Source: Antedon mediterranea (lineage: Eukaryota; Animalia; Echinodermata). From it: a stretch of 64,000 nt of DNA. Under the pieces are notes generated by a model. The model made no database searches and had not been told where the DNA came from. It saw only the letters and a list, made by a program, of their open reading frames with translations. The stretch spans positions 5,061,888-5,125,887 of the forward strand of contig NC_092676.1 in NCBI RefSeq assembly GCF_964355755.1, written 5' to 3'. A program made the position numbers and the translations under genes. Below are positions 58,835-64,000 of the stretch, one piece after another; within the stretch, counting starts at the first letter, position 1; every line of letters starts with the position of its first letter.

Positions 58835-61800
58835 ATGAAGTCAGTAATTTTTGTAGTGTTATACTTATCCGTTGCATCGTCACTAAGATGTCCGTCTCAG
58901 TGGAAGAGCTACCGGTCTAATTGTTACAAATCTTTTCCTCAATCAAAACTGTTTTGGGATGCTTCAAACTTTTGCCGACAGCAACAGTTTTACTCTTTGG
59001 ACGCGACTCAAAGGTAAGATATTAGAAACAGTTTTCCTCTTTGGACGCGACTCAAACGTAAGATTGTAGAAACAGTTTTACTCTTCGGGCGCGACTCAAA
59101 CGTAAGATTGTAGAAACAGTTTTACTCTCTTTGGACGCGACTCAGAAGTAAGATAGTAAAACAGTTTTACTCTTTGGACGCAACTCAAACGTAAGATTGT
59201 AGAAACAGTTTTACTCTTCGGCCGTGACTCAAACGTAAGATTGTAGAAACAATTTTACTCTTTGGACGCGACTCAAACGTAAGATTGTAGAAACAGTTTT
59301 ACTCTTTGGACGCAACTCAAACGTAAGATTGTAGAAACAGTTTTACTCTTCGGCCGTGACTTAAACGTAAGATTGTAGAAACAGTTTTACTCTTTGGACG
59401 CGACTCAAACGTAAGATTGTAGAAACATTTTTACTCTTCGGCCGTGACTCAAACGTAAGATTGTAGAAACAATTTTACTCTTTGGCTATGACTCAAAGGT
59501 AGGAAGATAATACTGTAAATACATTCGTTGACCACGACTCAAACGTAGGATAGTAATACTGCAACAGTATTCTTTAGCCGCGACTCAAGTGTTCCCAACT
59601 TGTAGAAAGTATGCCTACTGATGAAGACGTCACTCTGATGGTGACGTCAGTCTGATGGTGACGTCACTCTGATGGTGACAATAGAATAATTCATGACTTT
59701 TAGTAGATAAAAGATTGATTGATTTTTTAGTGTGCTCTAAGCGTAACTGTGATCTGTGATAATGTATCTCATGCTGTATATTATATTTAAAAACAGCCAT
59801 TTTGTTATCAATAAAATATTTTCTTTTACATTTATAAAAAATATAATTTTCAATACTTGTACTTGATATGCAGCGGTGATAACATCCACAGCGAATTAGT
59901 CTCAATACACAGTCTTGCTGAAAACACGTTCGTGTATAGTCTCGTACCACCTCGCCGTACCATCTTCCTGGGATTGTATCACAAAGTAGACGAAGGACAG
60001 AGGACATGGCATTGGACAGATGGAACACCGTTTGACTATAGTAGATGGGCCCCGAATCAACCTGATCCGTCTCACCAAAAATTTGGCACTATGTGGAATG
60101 AACGTTTTCCACAACAATGGGACGATGCTGACTGGGTTCAAACTGGTGGCGTGCCGTTTGTTTGCAAAGTAAAGGCTGCCAATTGTCTTATAGCACCGGG
60201 GGAACGTAAGTGGAATTTGTATTCATAGTTAGAATCCATACGGCATAGCCCGTACTGTGTCCAAGATTATGATCGACAATCATAGCGACAATGTTGTTGC
60301 AGGCAGCGCAGCGTCAGATTGCTCATTAATAAAATCAACCCCTTTCCTGCTGCTTAAAAAAAAGAAGAAGAAAACCCGTCAAAATGTTTAGTAAGTGATA
60401 ATGGAGTGTGAATGTCCATCACTTTATAGAAAATCATTTTGAAAAATGTAATAATGTATTTGGTATTTTCCAGTGATAAGTGATAGTAGAGATTGTCTAA
60501 ATGGCGGTAAACTTGTTGGGACTAGCTGTGAATGTCCGACACCGTATGCATGTATAGACTGTTCCTGGTATAATGGTAATTATTCTATATTATGAAATAT
60601 TAGAAAGTCTTTTAAGGTTGTTCCAATGTGTAAACATTAAGGGTCATTTCAATAATACCATTACAAAAACACACACATAAAAAATAATTATGTTGGCATC
60701 TTAAATTTTATTAATGATACGATTTAGATATTCGTCTGATGTGCACAATGTAGTGTATGGGTTCAATCTGTCGAGTCTTGGTATCCAAATCTTATTAGAA
60801 TTCTCTCAAATCAAATTTTATCATTTAACAGGTTGTTCAAGTAACCCGTGTCAGAATGGAGGAACGTGCGAAAATAAAGACCACAGTTACTCTTGCAAAT
60901 GTGTCGATGGTTTTACAGGAACTAACTGCGAAATATATAAAGGTATATTACATAGCGGGTTCAAGAGTAGCATAATTGTAGCGGTAGGATCGAGTATGAG
61001 CGGGTCAACAGTGGTAGGTGTTGATTGTGGCAGAGTCGAGAGTCGTAGGGCCTTGATTGTGCAGGATGTGAGAATGCTAGAATCAAGACTTGATACGAGA
61101 GTTTAGGTTCGAGAGTGGTATATAAGACCAAGTAGCAGAAACGACAGTGTAGCAGCAGAAAGCATGGGTAGTAGCATAATGAGTAGGCCTAACAGGGCGA
61201 GTGTATTTATTTATTATTCAAGTATTATATATGTTGTTGTTGATTATTAATTTTCAACGTCATTTTCTCTTACAGGTTGTATGCAGTTTCCTTGCTTGAA
61301 TGATGGAGATTGCATGAAACATCCGAACAAGTCAATATTCATATGCACATGCCCAGAAGATTATACTGGAGTAACTTGTCAGACGTATATTGGTATACAA
61401 AGCATATATTAGCCTATACACCAATAATAATACACGTCGACCCAATATAATAATAATACAATAATTGCCATTATTATTCAATATACTTAGTATTTTACTG
61501 TGAAGAACCTGATTTTTTCTTTTCTCTAATGTCGCTCGTTTTGTAGTAGGCCTAATATCCTTTTTACTCCAATTTATGTTTACATAAATGATAAATAAAT
61601 TTGAGTTTATGATGCAGTTACTGTAATCAATTCAATCTAACAACATGATGCTGAGCTTGCCTTGCCAAGATAGGAACTTGTAACAGTTTTGGCTGTGGCT
61701 GCGACAAATTCATATTTGTGGTTACAGTAGTACCCAGTACATCATTCCCCGGTTTCTGTTCAGGGACATGGAACTGATCGTGTCGCAACCACACATGAAA

Positions 61801-63506
61801 TCTTTGATCTAACGGAGCTCAGAATCCTGTTGTTAGATTGCTGCAATGCAATTTGTTGACCCATGATTACGCCAGAAATACTTACTACTGCTAAATATGT
61901 AATGCAGTAACTGCTATGTTGTTGACATATCCCCATTGACATTTCTTTTGTAATACACTATACCAAGATAGACGGTAACATCTGATTTTGAATTGTTAGG
62001 CCATTGTCAAGACGAACCGTGTCAAAATGAAGCCACTTGTCATTCCATCTCAGTGTCACCTTTTTACGTGTGCCAGTGTAAGCCTCCATACGTGGGCATC
62101 AATTGTACAGCAACTAGTTACGGTAAGTAATTCATTCCTCTACCTCTATTTAATTACCTTTATCCGGTACGAACAAAAAAGTAGGCCTACTTAGCCTATA
62201 AGGTGCTATTTTCTTGTTTTGTTTGCTGTTTGAACGATAGGGTCCACTATTTTTAAGATATCGTCTTGAATGTTTGGGTATTGATTTTATGAAATTCGAA
62301 ATATTGATGACATCACAAATGCTTATTAAAATCTCGAGTTTTTTTGTGTTTTCCAATATATCGAAATATTAAATAGCGCGCCCTCTGTCGGTATCTATTT
62401 TGCCAAGTATTTCACTCAGTTTCCGAGTTCAATTTATTCTTTAAAGATGTATTGTCCCCCAAAAACAGGAAAAATAAAGATTAATTTAATCAGACTTTTA
62501 ATATGTTATTTTGTTGTTTTAATAAAGTTAATCACTTCAGTAGAAAAAAAAAACTAAATGAAATATTGTTTTCACTTATAAAATGACAAAATAAATGGTT
62601 AAGTTCAACCAAAAACCCATTGGCTGGCAGCCAATTTGACCATTTTTTTCTTTAAATTACAGTTTTTTTTCAGGTAAATACATTTTTTGTATCCAATATT
62701 TGGTCAAAGTGGATAACTATTATGTTACATTAAAATGGCATATTCAACAAAAATTTTGTTAAGAATTATTTTTTAAGGGGGACAATACATCTTTAATATT
62801 TATCATGGTTTAATTCTAGGCTAATGGTTACTTTTATGTGCATTACACAAATATTTTTAACATTAGTCGTCTCCAAATCCAATTTCTTACTAATATTTCC
62901 TCAATTGGTAATGGATTTTGTTAAAGTGTGTAGGCCAACCGTTCCAATAACGAATCGGGATATGTTAATGAGCGTCAATGTTTTTCCGTTATGCAGATTG
63001 CCTGAGTAATCCATGCCTGAACGGAGGCTCGTGTGTAACTAATGACCGCTTGAATAAAACTAGTTGCCTGTGTCCGTCCACCTACTTCGGAACTAATTGT
63101 GAACTACAGAAACGTACCGGTAGGTTATTATCGTCTGCGCATGCTTACAACCAATTTCAATTCTCTCAAATCTCTTTCTACACAAAATACGTATCGAACT
63201 TCAACCAACTCTCACCACACTACAGCATTCTCTCCAGTTGGGGCGGGGAGATGCCGTTTTCTTACAAAATATTAATATGCGCATGCGCGATTTCATCTAA
63301 TGAATAATTCATTAAATTTACTTTTTACAGAAACGTCAGCAGTAGTTGGTACTGGTGGTAGCCAATCAAACTCCAACAACAATGTACATGCGTCATTCAT
63401 CGGAGTTACCATTGCGTTGATAGCTATAATCGTTATTCTTGTTGCTTATATTATCCGAGTCAGATCAAGACGTTATATAGATAAAGATGCTTCTTTTGTC
63501 AGGTAA
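58835..63506 (+). CDS. Type-I membrane protein paralog 3: signal peptide, C-type lectin (QPD), 5 EGF-like repeats, TM (~420 aa); lacks the unrecognised domain
   Basis: 8 in-frame exons: 58835-59013, 59874-60205, 60474-60575, 60832-60942, 61276-61392, 62000-62122, 62997-63119, 63331-63506. Motifs CPSQW..CY, FLGL, WTDGT, WAPNQPD, WDD, FVCK; TM FIGVTIALIAIIVILVAYII. Confidence 0.9.
58984..59590. repeat. 44-bp tandem repeat made of the end of exon 1 plus its splice donor, about 12-13 copies
   Basis: Unit aacagttttactctttggacgcgactcaaa(g/c)GTAAGattgtaga; GTAAG at 59014, 59058, 59102, 59148, 59191, 59235, 59279 and onward. Confidence 0.93.
62445..62792. mobile_element. TTAA-flanked MITE (Kolobok-like)
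   Basis: ttaa|agatgtattgtcccc ... ggggacaatacatct|ttaa. Confidence 0.85.
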
Positions 63507-63507
63507 A

Positions 63508-63672
63508 AAGGCCAACTCAGACAGCGTTTGTACGATGAGCCCGACGATTTGTCTCGTCTCTAACAACTGCACCCGGCGCTATCTCAAGACGACTCGTCTC
63601 GTGGCGCTGCCACTCAGAGACAGCAAGAAGACTCGTTGCCCTCATCGTACGACGCAGTCTGAGTTGGCCTTA
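63508..63672. mobile_element. Harbinger-like MITE directly after the paralog-3 stop codon
   Basis: ggccaactcagac ... gtctgagttggcc TIR; same family as 18595-18796. Confidence 0.78.
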
Positions 63673-64000
63673 ATTCATCTGTATAATATTAATACTTTAT
63701 TTGAAACTACATTTTTAGCATTATGTAATTGGTTGAGTGAAGGGATTCACACTTCGCTACAGTATCTATCAGTATTGTTATTTTAAATTGAAAAGATTGA
63801 CTAAATTTACAATAAGAAATCAGGTGAAGGGGGGGTGTCCGATCAATTCACTAAGATGGCGCTCGGTTCATTTGGACGGAAAAGTGACATCAGTAAGGAA
63901 TAGTAGTAAAATTGAAGCGTTTAAGAAAACAATTTCTTCAACCATCAATTGAAAGAAACATTTCTTTTTCTTTAAGGTTTAATGCAGAATAGTATAATAA

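Noticed and set aside
58984-59590. CRISPR-like appearance of the regular arrays (also 9072-9582, 35829-36186, 38107-38508)
   Set aside because: The units are head-to-tail with no unique spacers, there are no cas genes, and the context is eukaryotic intron.

Overview
AT-rich, intron-rich animal (eukaryotic) genomic DNA; the repeat and gene content suggests a marine invertebrate, but the species cannot be established from this window. Exon structures below were assembled by hand from GT-AG sites and reading-frame continuity. Six protein-coding genes are supported: (1) a 13-finger C2H2 zinc-finger gene (minus strand, CDS 5117-7565), lying head-to-head with (2) a gene with 13 coding exons and an unusual LOTUS(OST-HTH)-RRM-RRM product (12975-27434); (3) an 8-exon JmjC 2-oxoglutarate oxygenase with an N-terminal basic tail, a transmembrane anchor and an intact HxD...H triad (30232-38717); and (4-6) a tandem cluster of three type-I membrane proteins built as signal peptide, C-type lectin, an optional unrecognised ~155-aa domain, EGF repeats (15, 2 and 5), transmembrane helix and short tail (43290-63506). 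The middle gene of the cluster looks like a chimera of its neighbours, and all three conserve two extra cysteines that may form a disulfide clamp. Introns and intergenic DNA are full of mobile elements: a 5'-truncated CR1 LINE with a single frameshift, a DIRS/Ngaro-type tyrosine-recombinase remnant interrupted by an RTE LINE (10-bp TSD) and a TTAA element, nested non-autonomous TIR elements with 8- and 9-bp TSDs, a 0.9-kb foldback element, 5S-rRNA- and tRNA-derived SINEs, several MITE families, and tandem arrays, two of which start at splice donors. No CRISPR array or prokaryotic system is present.
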